Source of the DNA: an uncultured Candidatus Saccharibacteria bacterium
GTDB taxonomy: Bacteria; Patescibacteriota; Saccharimonadia; Saccharimonadales; SZUA-47
DNA length: 64,000 nucleotides
NCBI GenBank assembly: GCA_964536485.1
Contig: CAZHXX010000006.1
Coordinates: 6,777 to 70,776, forward strand
Direction of reading: 5' to 3'
The translations under genes and the position numbers were made by a program. A model generated the notes under the pieces. The model had not been told where the DNA came from. It was given only the letters and a program-made list of their open reading frames with translations, and searched no databases. Position 1 is the stretch's first letter. Each line of letters begins with the position of its first letter. This document shows, piece by piece, positions 18,887 to 28,031 of this stretch.

Positions 18887-20422
18887 CTATGATTCTAGCA
18901 GTTCGGCGCCACCAAAAATATTGCTTACGCTAGAAATAATTGAAGTATCCGGAGAAGGCGTAGGTTCCTCCGTGGGCACAGGCTCTTTTGGCTGTTTGCT
19001 CACCGTCTTGGTCAAGAAGTGTGTAAGACCAAAATGTGTTGCCAAGAAGTCGCGCACAATGGCAGTGTTCTTAGGTGTATCAACTTGCTTCTTATGAAAT
19101 CCAAAGCCAAATTGTAGTTCTAATCCATCATCGTTCATGACTGGCACGGCCATACGCAAGACGCCGTAAAGAGTGTTGTTGTCCCTTTTTAGCGCGTGCA
19201 ACATTTCGCTCCACTGTTCTTTAGAAAAGGCCACCACTTCCCTCTTTGGGAGCTTTTTTGTTGCTTGCGCTTCAGCCGGAACGTCTGCTTTAGCTACGGG
19301 TGGCTCCTTTATAGTTTTGTCTTCAGAAGCCTCAGACGGAGCTGGTTTCTCAGGTTCGGATTTAGTTTCGGGAACTTCCTTTTTAGGCTTTGGAGAGGTA
19401 GGCTCTTTCGTTGCGAGTTGTGTCGGTGCTGGAACGCTCTCCATCGCGAGCGAGTCTAGCAATGCAACTTCAACCCCAAGATAGTCGCCTGTAGAAAGCG
19501 TGAGAGGCAAAAGACCTTTAAGGAGTTTTAAGGCCTGCTCATGGGACAGACCCAATGTACCTGCACTTAGGCGAGTTCGTATCGCCTCACTCACCGAGCG
19601 AGCAATTCTGCCAGAGTCTACTCCTTGCTCACGAAGTAGTCGCACCGACTCAAAAACAGAGCTTACATCATTTGCCTCAACCGCATGAATGCATTTTTCA
19701 ATCAACACATCGTCAGGTAAGCCAAGCAGAAGCCGTACTTCTTTTTCTGTCACTGCGTCTGTTGCGATCCCAGCAAGCTGGTCAAGCATACTAATGCTGT
19801 CCCGGAAGCTTCCACGCCCATGTTCACCCAGCAGGTGTAGCGCTTCGTCAGTTATGGTAATCCCCTCTTTTTTCGCAATTTCCTTGAGGTGCGCTACCGC
19901 ATTCCCCGGCTCAATAGGTTTAAACGTAAAGCGTTGAGTTCGGCTGATAATGGTGTCTGGTACTTTATGAGATTCAGTAGTCGCAAGGATAAAGATAGCG
20001 TGAGCCGGCGGTTCCTCAAGCGTCTTAAGCAACGCATTAAATGCCTCACGCGTGAGCATATGAACCTCGTCAATGATATAGACCTTATACTTTGCACTTG
20101 TTGGCGCAATATGCACCTTGTCACGCAAATCTCTTATCTCATCTATACGCCGGTTGCTGGCCGCATCAATCTCAATAATATCTAAATGTGTGGCTTCCTC
20201 GTCATACGGCAGGTCGTTTATCGCATAGGCAAGTATTCTTGCAATCGAAGTTTTCCCTACGCCCCGCGGGCCGGTAAACAAGTAGGCGTGCGAGAGTTTT
20301 CCTTTTTTTAAGGCATTTTTAAGCGTGCCGGTAATGTGTTCTTGACCAACAATCTCGTCAAAACTCTTCGAACGATATTTTCGGTATAATGCTTTCCCCA
20401 TGGCTTTCTTATTATGAAGCAT
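18887..20422 (-). CDS. dnaX: DNA polymerase III subunit gamma/tau
   Basis: 'GPRGVGKTS' Walker A, 'IIDEVHML', 'SRTQRF' sensor; Lys/Glu/Pro-rich linker. Confidence 0.95.
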   Translation of the reverse strand: MLHNKKAMGKALYRKYRSKSFDEIVGQEHITGTLKNALKKGKLSHAYLFTGPRGVGKTSIARILAYAINDLPYDEEATHLDIIEIDAASNRRIDEIRDLRDKVHIAPTSAKYKVYIIDEVHMLTREAFNALLKTLEEPPAHAIFILATTESHKVPDTIISRTQRFTFKPIEPGNAVAHLKEIAKKEGITITDEALHLLGEHGRGSFRDSISMLDQLAGIATDAVTEKEVRLLLGLPDDVLIEKCIHAVEANDVSSVFESVRLLREQGVDSGRIARSVSEAIRTRLSAGTLGLSHEQALKLLKGLLPLTLSTGDYLGVEVALLDSLAMESVPAPTQLATKEPTSPKPKKEVPETKSEPEKPAPSEASEDKTIKEPPVAKADVPAEAQATKKLPKREVVAFSKEQWSEMLHALKRDNNTLYGVLRMAVPVMNDDGLELQFGFGFHKKQVDTPKNTAIVRDFLATHFGLTHFLTKTVSKQPKEPVPTEEPTPSPDTSIISSVSNIFGGAELLES

Positions 20423-20463
20423 GAGACATAAAAAGCGGAAGTTTTAATCTACAACAATGAGCC

Positions 20464-21033
20464 CTAACGCACGTAATTAATAGCAACTAGTGGCAGAGAA
20501 GATGCTCTGTCAAAGTAGATTACTTCAGCTGTGCAGGAGACGTACTCAGCTGTGACCGAGCCCAAAAATGATCGTCTCTCAGACCCGACTACAGGTAGTC
20601 GTGTATCTATACTAAAATCATTTTTAAGAACTCTTGTCTCATTAAATTCTTTGAAGGTTCCTTGCAAAACCTTACCTGTAGATAAAGGGCGAGCATAGTG
20701 TGACTTAAAAGGACTACCGTTTACTGCTTTTAGTTCAACACTCCGCCCTTTAAATACTCGCGTCCCTTCTTTGCTCAAGCCATGAAATTTATCAAATAGC
20801 TGATCTTGTAAAAGTAGTCGTTCTTCTGCTATTTCAGATAACTGCGGATAAGCCATAACTCTATATTTCTCTAGTTTCTCTGGAGACAAGTCTCTTGGTG
20901 AAAATACGGCCTTCTCTATCTCTCGAAGCTCTGCCCTCGCAACATCTAATTGTTGTCCTATGAATTCGCGTTCATTAAGGAACTGCATGAAATCATAAGA
21001 CATATCTTCAGGACTAGGGGAAAAACTACTCAT
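20464..21033 (-). CDS. hypothetical protein
   Basis: 189-aa ORF, no recognised motif. Confidence 0.5.
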   Translation of the reverse strand: MSSFSPSPEDMSYDFMQFLNEREFIGQQLDVARAELREIEKAVFSPRDLSPEKLEKYRVMAYPQLSEIAEERLLLQDQLFDKFHGLSKEGTRVFKGRSVELKAVNGSPFKSHYARPLSTGKVLQGTFKEFNETRVLKNDFSIDTRLPVVGSERRSFLGSVTAEYVSCTAEVIYFDRASSLPLVAINYVR

Positions 21034-21072
21034 TACTATAAATTATAGAATAATAAAGATAAATAGTAAATA

Positions 21073-21660
21073 CTATTGTCTGGTATACTCAAGTAAGTAG
21101 CAATTCCCGCATAAACTCTCATAGGTCACTTCATTCTCACCATCTATGGCCACCTGCGAGCCGTCAAAAACATATTCCCCGTTCACCTTGCGCCCAACAA
21201 ACAACGCCTTCTTTCCACAGCGACAAATAGTTTTTAGCTCTTCTAGACTGTGCGCGAGTTCAAACAGTCTTCTACTTCCAGGAAATAAGTTTCGCTGAAA
21301 ATCTGTTCTCAGCCCAAAACAAAGCACAGGAATGTCGTCCATCACTGCCAGCTCAAAGAGTTCATCAATATGTATCGCAGAAAGAAATTGTGCCTCATCC
21401 ACGAGGATGCAATCAATTTTCTCAACGTCTTTATGCCACTGCATAATCTCTGTGCGCAAGTTTAAGCCGTCTTCAGCAAGGATATCTACTTTTCGCTCAA
21501 TCCCAATACGTGCCACAATGTGCTGGGCACCTTTTGTGTCGAGCTTTGGCTTTAGCAACAAGACATGCATACCTCGCTCTTCATAATTATGCGCAACTTG
21601 TAGGAGAGCCGTGCTCTTCCCACTGTTCATTGCCCCATACCTGAAATACAACTTCGCCAT
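21073..21660 (-). CDS. tdk: thymidine kinase
   Basis: 'GAMNSGKST' P-loop, 'VDEAQF', C-terminal zinc site 'CRCGKK...CGNCY'. Confidence 0.95.
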   Translation of the reverse strand: MAKLYFRYGAMNSGKSTALLQVAHNYEERGMHVLLLKPKLDTKGAQHIVARIGIERKVDILAEDGLNLRTEIMQWHKDVEKIDCILVDEAQFLSAIHIDELFELAVMDDIPVLCFGLRTDFQRNLFPGSRRLFELAHSLEELKTICRCGKKALFVGRKVNGEYVFDGSQVAIDGENEVTYESLCGNCYLLEYTRQ

Positions 21661-21814
21661 ATGATTAGAGTATAGATTATTGATGTTTGATTTTTGCTTA
21701 AAAAACTATAATAACAACAAAAGTTGTTCATCAATATAAATAAGAAAGATTACTTAAATAGAAAACCGTAACTTAAAAGACTGTCGTACCAAAAAGAGCT
21801 AGCCTCTCAATAAT

Positions 21815-21877
21815 CGACCATCGACCATCGACCATCGACCATCGACCATCGACCATCGACCATCGACCATCGACCAT
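21815..21877. repeat. perfect heptanucleotide tandem repeat (CGACCAT)x9
   Basis: 63 nt of uninterrupted CGACCAT units, flanked on both sides by CAATAAT. Confidence 0.95.
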
Positions 21878-21896
21878 CAATAATCAAACATCAATT

Positions 21897-22409
21897 TTAT
21901 AGTGCTGCTTCGAGCGCTGCCCATTCGGCATCAACAGATTCGTCTTCAGGGACGTTAATGCTGACTTGGTCACCCGGTTTTGCCTTAAAGTAAGTAACAC
22001 TGGCAAGTAGTACCCGGTACTCTTTTTTGCCCACAGCAACGAAGTAATGACCTTCTTTCTGCTCAAGCGCTCCAACAAGCTGTTTACGCGGAATAGGTCC
22101 AATCTGCTTGTACATAAACGAGCCATCCTCAGCGATAGAAAGTTTTAGTATGTCACCTTGCACAAGTTTAGATTTACTTGCATAGTTCGCAGGCACTGGG
22201 TAAGTTTTGCCGTCCCCGCCAACCATATTTTGGCCGTCAAAAACGCCTTCAATAACTTTCCCAATATTTTCTTCTTTTACTGTGGCGGTTACTGTAGGGT
22301 CGTCACCAACTAGGCTTATAAGCAACTCTTTTGCCGCAGCCAAAGATGTCTCGGCTTCTTCTATTAGTAACTTTAATCGTTTCGCTTGTTTGTCTGGTAG
22401 ATCTGGCAT
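21897..22409 (-). CDS. hypothetical protein
   Basis: 170-aa ORF, coherent composition, no recognised motif. Confidence 0.6.
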   Translation of the reverse strand: MPDLPDKQAKRLKLLIEEAETSLAAAKELLISLVGDDPTVTATVKEENIGKVIEGVFDGQNMVGGDGKTYPVPANYASKSKLVQGDILKLSIAEDGSFMYKQIGPIPRKQLVGALEQKEGHYFVAVGKKEYRVLLASVTYFKAKPGDQVSINVPEDESVDAEWAALEAAL

Positions 22410-22565
22410 CTCGCACTGCCCTCTCTTTACTCTTTTGTCTCTCTTTTTAATACAAAGTTCACCCTCACCTTACCACGAGAAGTAATGCATGTCAAAAAAT
22501 CAACAGGAATATTTCATAAATCTGTGGATAAAGTCGAAAAGGAGGACGTGTAGCAAGAAGATTTA

Positions 22566-23045
22566 TTAAAGGTTTTTTAGAAGCACAAAGCCAGCACCGC
22601 GCATTGCTTGCACATATGGTGAAATGTTTTCACCTAGTTTTCTCCGGAGATTTGACATGTGAGTGCTAACGGTTGTCTTGGTCGCCACTCCGTCCCAAAC
22701 CTCATCAATGAGTCTTTGCCTTTCGCAAACAGTTCCCTCCGACAAAGCAAGAGTAAGAAGTAGCCCATTTTCTCTTCTCGTAAGAATTTCGCCCCTATCT
22801 TCCCGAGGCATTAAACACTGCCGTAATGCAGGCGTAAACAATAAACCGCCTTCAGCGAGGGTAAATACCTCTTCTGGGTAGCCTACGGCGTCAGGAGATA
22901 GTGGATGACGACCGATCAAAGTTGCCTCGAGCGGAAGCTGAGCAAGAGCGCGTATAGTTTCCCCCACCGTCGCGCCTGGCCGAATTTCAACAGGAAACCT
23001 TTGAAATCCAATTCCGTACTCTAGCCTACTATTAATCATCTCCAA
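22566..23045 (-). CDS. winged-helix transcriptional regulator (OmpR/PhoB-type DNA-binding domain, no receiver)
   Basis: C-terminal 'LTRRENGLLLTLA...V..R..L...VW.........V..HMSNLRRKLG...I...RG.GF.L'. Confidence 0.7.
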   Translation of the reverse strand: MEMINSRLEYGIGFQRFPVEIRPGATVGETIRALAQLPLEATLIGRHPLSPDAVGYPEEVFTLAEGGLLFTPALRQCLMPREDRGEILTRRENGLLLTLALSEGTVCERQRLIDEVWDGVATKTTVSTHMSNLRRKLGENISPYVQAMRGAGFVLLKNL

Positions 23046-23072
23046 ATTATAGAATAAAATTGCTTAAAATAC

Positions 23073-23107
23073 AAAGAGAGCCCCTGTTTTCACTAAAGGC
23101 TCTCTTT
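23073..23107 (-). terminator. rho-independent terminator after rplL
   Basis: 10-bp stem AAAGAGAGCC/GGCTCTCTTT followed on the minus strand by GTATTTT. Confidence 0.6.
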
Positions 23108-23123
23108 CGTAAAATCGCTATAA

Positions 23124-23501
23124 TTACGCGAGTTCTACAGTTGCACCAGCATCTTCCAATGCCTTCTTTGCAGCTTCAGCGTCTTCCTTCTTTGCCTTTT
23201 CCAAGACAGTCTTAGGAGCGCCGTCAACGATAGCCTTAGCTTCGCCAAGACCTAGTCCGGTAACATCTTTAACAGCCTTGATAACTGCTACTTTCTGTGC
23301 ACCCGCATCCTTCAAGACAACATCGTATTCGCTCTTAGCTTCTTCAGCTGGAGCGTCGCCGCCTGCAGCAGGACCAGCAACAGCAACTGCAGTAGCAGCT
23401 GGCTCAATGCCGTATTCTTCTTTTAGGATTGTTTGTAGTTCGTTAACCTCTAGAACGGTCAAACCGACTAGTTGTTCTGCAAATTTTTTCAAATCAGCCA
23501 T
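23124..23501 (-). CDS. rplL: 50S ribosomal protein L7/L12
   Basis: 125 aa; '[11 protein letters not shown]...', Ala-rich hinge, '[24 protein letters not shown]'. Confidence 0.95.
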   Translation of the reverse strand: MADLKKFAEQLVGLTVLEVNELQTILKEEYGIEPAATAVAVAGPAAGGDAPAEEAKSEYDVVLKDAGAQKVAVIKAVKDVTGLGLGEAKAIVDGAPKTVLEKAKKEDAEAAKKALEDAGATVELA

Positions 23502-23528
23502 GGGTATAGTTCCTTTATTATTACTTAA

Positions 23529-24050
23529 TTAGTTAGCTTTTGCAGCAACTGCGTCAAGCAGCCCATGCAAATTGCCTTTTAGACCGCTCATGACACCATT
23601 GACTGGTGATTTCAACGTATTGATAACGGTTGCAATCATAACCTCGCGTGACGGAAGTACAGCTAAAGCTTTTACCTCTTCAGCACTCATCATTTTGCCG
23701 GTTGCATCAAATGCAGCCACAAATTCAAGTTGCTTCTCTGTCTTTGCAAGCTCATGAATAACCTGAGCAGGTGCGACCTCGTCAGTACCGTTGAAGGCGT
23801 ACATAAGCATACCTTGCAAAGCACTGGTGTCGGCTTCTTTGTGTGAGTCGCTTGCTGCAAAGGCTTTTTCAACCAAGCGGTTTTTGACCACTTTTACGAC
23901 AGTGCCGTTTTCTTCTGCTTTTCGGCGAAGTTCTTGCAATGCAGCGACGGTTGTACCTTCGTACTTCACGACAACAGTCATCTTAGCGTTGCCGAGTAAC
24001 TCAACAAGCTCTTTGACGATTTCATTTTTCTTATCTTTAGTAAGAGCCAC
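23529..24050 (-). CDS. rplJ: 50S ribosomal protein L10
   Basis: 173 aa, 'MALTKDKKNEIV..L...', immediately upstream of rplL. Confidence 0.95.
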   Translation of the reverse strand: MALTKDKKNEIVKELVELLGNAKMTVVVKYEGTTVAALQELRRKAEENGTVVKVVKNRLVEKAFAASDSHKEADTSALQGMLMYAFNGTDEVAPAQVIHELAKTEKQLEFVAAFDATGKMMSAEEVKALAVLPSREVMIATVINTLKSPVNGVMSGLKGNLHGLLDAVAAKAN

Positions 24051-24121
24051 GGATTAGTCCTTTCGTTAGCGTCTTATTTATCAGTCGTATCGACCATTTA
24101 ACTGACTTGTTACCGAGAATT

Positions 24122-24151
24122 AAAAAACGTCTCTCGATTACTCGTGAGACG
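24122..24151 (-). terminator. terminator/attenuator hairpin in the rplJ leader
   Basis: CGTCTC/GAGACG stem (plus 3 inner bp) followed on the minus strand by TTTTTT; lies between the 148-aa ORF and rplJ. Confidence 0.5.
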
Positions 24152-24298
24152 CATTCTTATGCTCAAAAACAATATTTTCATATCGCCTCGACGGCACGAT
24201 TAAGTGATTTCTCACAGCCGTTGTCTACGGTAACTAAGTCAGTATATCATTCTCTCTGTTAATTGTCTAGCCAAGAGGCAACAAGATAATTATTCTGT

Positions 24299-24745
24299 TC
24301 AAGGGGTCAATCCCTTTAACTCATTAAAATCTATCAAAAATGGTGCATCTGGGACAAGTACCCTACCAACCGGTTTTAGTCCCAACTGTTTTCCTGATTC
24401 AGGCTTTGCTTCTTCGGCGATCCCGAAATAGCTTCGCATTCCATCCACAAAATCGAGTTGCGCATTCACTAATCTTTGTAAATGTTCTACAAACTGGCCG
24501 TCTTCTTGATGCTCTAATTGCCCAACAACATATCTATTTATCGCAATCTCACTCGCACGCCGTACACGCTCAAAACGTCCTAACGGTGTTGTTACGTCAT
24601 AAGCCTCTAGTGCATCTCTCTCTTCGTCAGTTATTGGCGTAAGTCTGTTTTCAGGTGGCTTTCCGCCAAAGTATGCATTATCAGGAGGGGTTTTTATTGA
24701 CCTTCCCTGTTCTTGAATAGTACTAATTCTATCGCCGTAACTCAT
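24299..24745 (-). CDS. hypothetical protein
   Basis: 148-aa ORF; GGAGAT SD-like sequence upstream of ATG. Confidence 0.55.
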   Translation of the reverse strand: MSYGDRISTIQEQGRSIKTPPDNAYFGGKPPENRLTPITDEERDALEAYDVTTPLGRFERVRRASEIAINRYVVGQLEHQEDGQFVEHLQRLVNAQLDFVDGMRSYFGIAEEAKPESGKQLGLKPVGRVLVPDAPFLIDFNELKGLTP

Positions 24746-25157
24746 AAATTATCTCCTTTAAAATTAAAAACTTCCCCAGTTGGAAGTCTTCTTTGTTTTA
24801 GAGCTGTGATCGTCAGCGTTTTTTAAACGCGAGACTCCAACCGTGCAACGCACAGCTCCTGGAGACTGAGGAGGAGGTGTTGTCGATTGTTCATCCGTTT
24901 ATAGTAGCTTATATACATAAATAACACAAATTTATAAATACCCTAAAAAAGTGATACAGTAATCAACTGTCTTTACCGGCACAGTTCAGGCCATACGTTG
25001 AAATGCTATCTTCGTTAAGTACGAAAGCCAGTCAAAAACATGCTACTTACCTATCCACCGCTATGTTTTCCTCTCGCTGTCAATACGCATTGCGACGGCT
25101 CCATAGTAGTACCTTAGTCTAACTTCGTCGCAGAGTCTCAGAGCCATTACGTAGATA

Positions 25158-25186
25158 TTGACAAAACAGTATAAACTGTGATATTA
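25158..25186 (+). promoter_or_regulatory. sigma70-like promoter giving a near-leaderless mRNA
   Basis: TTGACA (25158-63), 17 nt, ATATTA (25181-86), 9 nt, ATG 25196; no SD. Confidence 0.5.
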
Positions 25187-25195
25187 TATATAATA

Positions 25196-26677
25196 ATGAG
25201 TAACTTTGACCCTTTAGCTGAGCGGTGGGAGCTTCTGCAACGTCAGCCCGAGATCGTGTTGCCTGAACAACTTGGTTTGACTTCAGACAATCCAGCACTG
25301 TTCGCAGTACAAGACTTTTCTTTGCGCGTGCACGAACCCCGAGCTCTTGATCATCCTCTAAGAGTTGCAAAAATTCTTCATGACTTTGCTGGTACTATGC
25401 TTCCACAAGAAGCGTTTGAAGCAACATTACTTCACGACGTGGTCGAGCGAGCTGAAGCAAAAGAGGGTTTGCAAACAAAAAATGCCAAACAAGTATTACT
25501 CGGGTACTTTGATGGAATGAAAGGCGAAGAAGACAAAAGTATCTACGTCTCATCTCTTCTAGCAGATATGAGCCTGGTCGAAGAAGCCGCTGAAACATAC
25601 CGAACAGCAGAAAACGAAGATCCTCATCTTAAAGAAATTCTAAGTGGTAACACAACAGATCAAGCCATTAAAGTTCAGCACTGGATGGAGAAAAGCAGAG
25701 TTATTAATGTTGAAACGATGCATGAGTTGCTTGAACAAGTAAACCTCGAATCGGTACTCATTAAAGCAGCAGAACTTCTCGACAACCTTACTTATGTTCC
25801 ACCAAAAGACCGCTCACTTATTCAAGACATCTTTGAAGCGGAGTCTTTTTATGCTCCGTTGTGTGAAATTCTCGGCTTTGACGGTCTTTCTATGGCACTG
25901 CGTGATGCTGCTGCTCGTAATAGATCTGAAAAATCCGGAAATACGCTTATACAAGCACAGGCGCTTGAGATGCGAGATAACGTGATTGATGCTGGCTCAA
26001 TTGATTCAGTTGTTGAAGCTATTTTTGGAGACAATGCGCTCACAGCACCAGTACTTGGACAACTATCTGACCACGGCGTACGCATTGACGAAGTTATCGC
26101 CTCATTAAATGGCGCAGAATTAGCGGGGGTTGCTCGCGTCAAGAGTGTTGGGTCGCTTGCCCTAAAACTTGCTAGAGGCGCAGGCGAGCGTCCAATGGAT
26201 ATTGTTGGCATGACGTTTGTAGCAAATGATGTTACAGAAGCAAGTATCTTCTTCCATGCATTACTTGCACGCTTAAAAAATATTGATGTAGCTCAGCTTC
26301 AGCCCGCACCATCTCGTAAAGAAGCGGTACACATAAGAGGTGACAGCTCTTATATCTCCGAGTATACAAAACATATGGATCCAGACATAGAAGTGGACGA
26401 AAAACCCGAAGAGCCTGGTGCTTATCAAGTCGCCAAAGTCACGGCCCTATTTTTTGGAGTCATACCTGTCGAAATTCAAGTACAGACGAAAGATGACCGT
26501 AAAAATGGTCGTATAGGCACGGCTTCACATACGACATTTAAAGACGGAGGCACTGGTCTACGCACAGAATTACTTGGCTCAATCTATGACAGAAAACGAC
26601 GTCTTGCAAGAGATAGAATTAATGTTAACGGTCAGTCAATTGCACGTGGGCTCACATTACTACAAGGTTTGCGCTAA
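25196..26677 (+). CDS. divergent RelA/SpoT-homologue (HD domain plus (p)ppGpp-synthetase-like nucleotidyltransferase domain, no TGS/ACT)
   Basis: Track ORF trimmed to ATG 25196; 'DHPLRVAKIL', 'ATLLHDVVERAE' (HD present, ED replaced by ER); 'ARVKSVGSLALKLAR', 'DIVGMTF', 'VEIQVQT...G.ASHTTFK'. Confidence 0.7.
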   Translation: MSNFDPLAERWELLQRQPEIVLPEQLGLTSDNPALFAVQDFSLRVHEPRALDHPLRVAKILHDFAGTMLPQEAFEATLLHDVVERAEAKEGLQTKNAKQVLLGYFDGMKGEEDKSIYVSSLLADMSLVEEAAETYRTAENEDPHLKEILSGNTTDQAIKVQHWMEKSRVINVETMHELLEQVNLESVLIKAAELLDNLTYVPPKDRSLIQDIFEAESFYAPLCEILGFDGLSMALRDAAARNRSEKSGNTLIQAQALEMRDNVIDAGSIDSVVEAIFGDNALTAPVLGQLSDHGVRIDEVIASLNGAELAGVARVKSVGSLALKLARGAGERPMDIVGMTFVANDVTEASIFFHALLARLKNIDVAQLQPAPSRKEAVHIRGDSSYISEYTKHMDPDIEVDEKPEEPGAYQVAKVTALFFGVIPVEIQVQTKDDRKNGRIGTASHTTFKDGGTGLRTELLGSIYDRKRRLARDRINVNGQSIARGLTLLQGLR

Positions 26678-26723
26678 AAATAGTTTATTCCAATACTGGC
26701 AAGTACTCTTTTCTTAAAATAGT

Positions 26724-27967
26724 TTAAGCAGTCGTCAATGTTGTTGCCGGGATCGAAAAGTCTCTTCGTAGATTTTCTACAAGCTCAGGAAGCGTGCTGT
26801 CCTTAAAAGTAGTAAGTGGCTCGGCACGACGCCAATCAACATGCGGATATTTTTCTCTGTCGCCATCTCGCTCTACCATGCCTCTCACGCTCGCGAGTAT
26901 CTGTCTACCGTAGCGTCTTCCGCGACTATCATTAGCGTAGGCATTGCTACGGTCTCGCCCATCGTTTATTCGTGCACTGATGACGCCATTTCCAAATATA
27001 TTATTCGCAAGTATATCTTGCTTTTTTCTATACTTCGCAAGCCGGGCATTAAACTGCTCAGCAGACTCGCCTTCTTTTTGCCGGGGCTCAGGGAGCCTGT
27101 CTATTTGGTAATTATGGTAGCTGTCTCCGGCCGGTTTGACAATTGCTGAAAGAAAGTTACTTACGAGTCGTGCAACATACTCTTCGTAGGTGTGCATCCA
27201 GGGCTGACCCTTTTCGTGCGTCATCAGCCTTGTTGCGTTTGCCACATATGCTGGTAGCGTCCCACGAAGACCTGCTTTTTGAAGCAATGTTTTTATAACT
27301 AAAGGAGAAATAACCTGTATATTTTCGTCGAGCGAGTAGTGGTCGGTGTGCTTTACCCAATCTTCAACAGAATCATGCATCAAGCACGTGGCAAGCAAGG
27401 CAGCAACTTCCTTTTTTGGGACACGCACACTCCCTTCCTGTGCTCGTTTTATGGCCTCGTAGAGAATTGCCGTCGCTTCAAGCGGATGTTGACTAAAAGG
27501 CGTTGCAGCATCTTTTTTCTATATTTGCCAGCCACAGACACTTCACAAGTTCGCCACGAAGCTTGCATAACCTGTGCTTCCCATTCCGCCTCTGTATCCA
27601 CAACAGAGAAAAGTGATTGAGTCATCGCTACAGCTCGTCGAGCGGGGACTAACAATCGTTCTCTTGTAGAAGCTGGGAGCAAACGATGTTCTATCCCTAT
27701 AGGTAATGTCTGGTCATAACTTGTATAAGCGCTCCCGTTGTCAACTACCACTATCGCATCAACACCATCGGCTAAAATACAATCTACAAGCAGTTGTGCC
27801 GGCTCAAGCTTAAGCTCTTCTGCCAGTGATTCTACGAAAGAATACCTGACATTGTGCAGGTACTCTCGCATATCTCCATTACGGGATCGACGTGAAGGAT
27901 CGTATAAATGGAATACCGTATTTTGTGCAAGCGAAGCGCCGACAACACCAGTTTCAAATAGTTGCAA
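26724..27967 (-). CDS. HD-domain (p)ppGpp-hydrolase-family protein interrupted by a -1 frame change at A_AAA_AAG
   Basis: My translation upstream of the track ORF 26724..27428 gives 'KKDAATPFSQHPLEATAILYE...LLATCLMHDSVEDW...VKPAGDSYHN' (complete RSH-type HD motif set) with no start codon. It joins the 172-aa ORF 27449..27967 by a -1 shift at 27512-27518. Confidence 0.6.
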
Positions 27968-28031
27968 ACAAAACTCCCAATACTTTTAACTACACTATAA
28001 CAATTTGTGCTTTAATGCAACCTACTGTTGT

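Noticed and set aside
20285-20300. A-rich run (CTT AAA AAA AGG) in dnaX as a possible tau/gamma frameshift site
   Set aside because: It lies at about codon 38, inside the ATPase N-terminus, and the register is not X_XXY_YYZ in frame. It is not a plausible gamma-producing site.
21815-21877. Heptamer repeat as a CRISPR array
   Set aside because: The units are 7 nt and contiguous with no spacers, and there are no cas genes in the window.
26677-26726. 11-nt direct repeat AAAATAGTTTA overlapping both stop codons of the convergent RSH-family genes
   Set aside because: It is short, AT-rich, and has no associated structure or target-site-duplication context. It is probably coincidental or part of a bidirectional terminator region.
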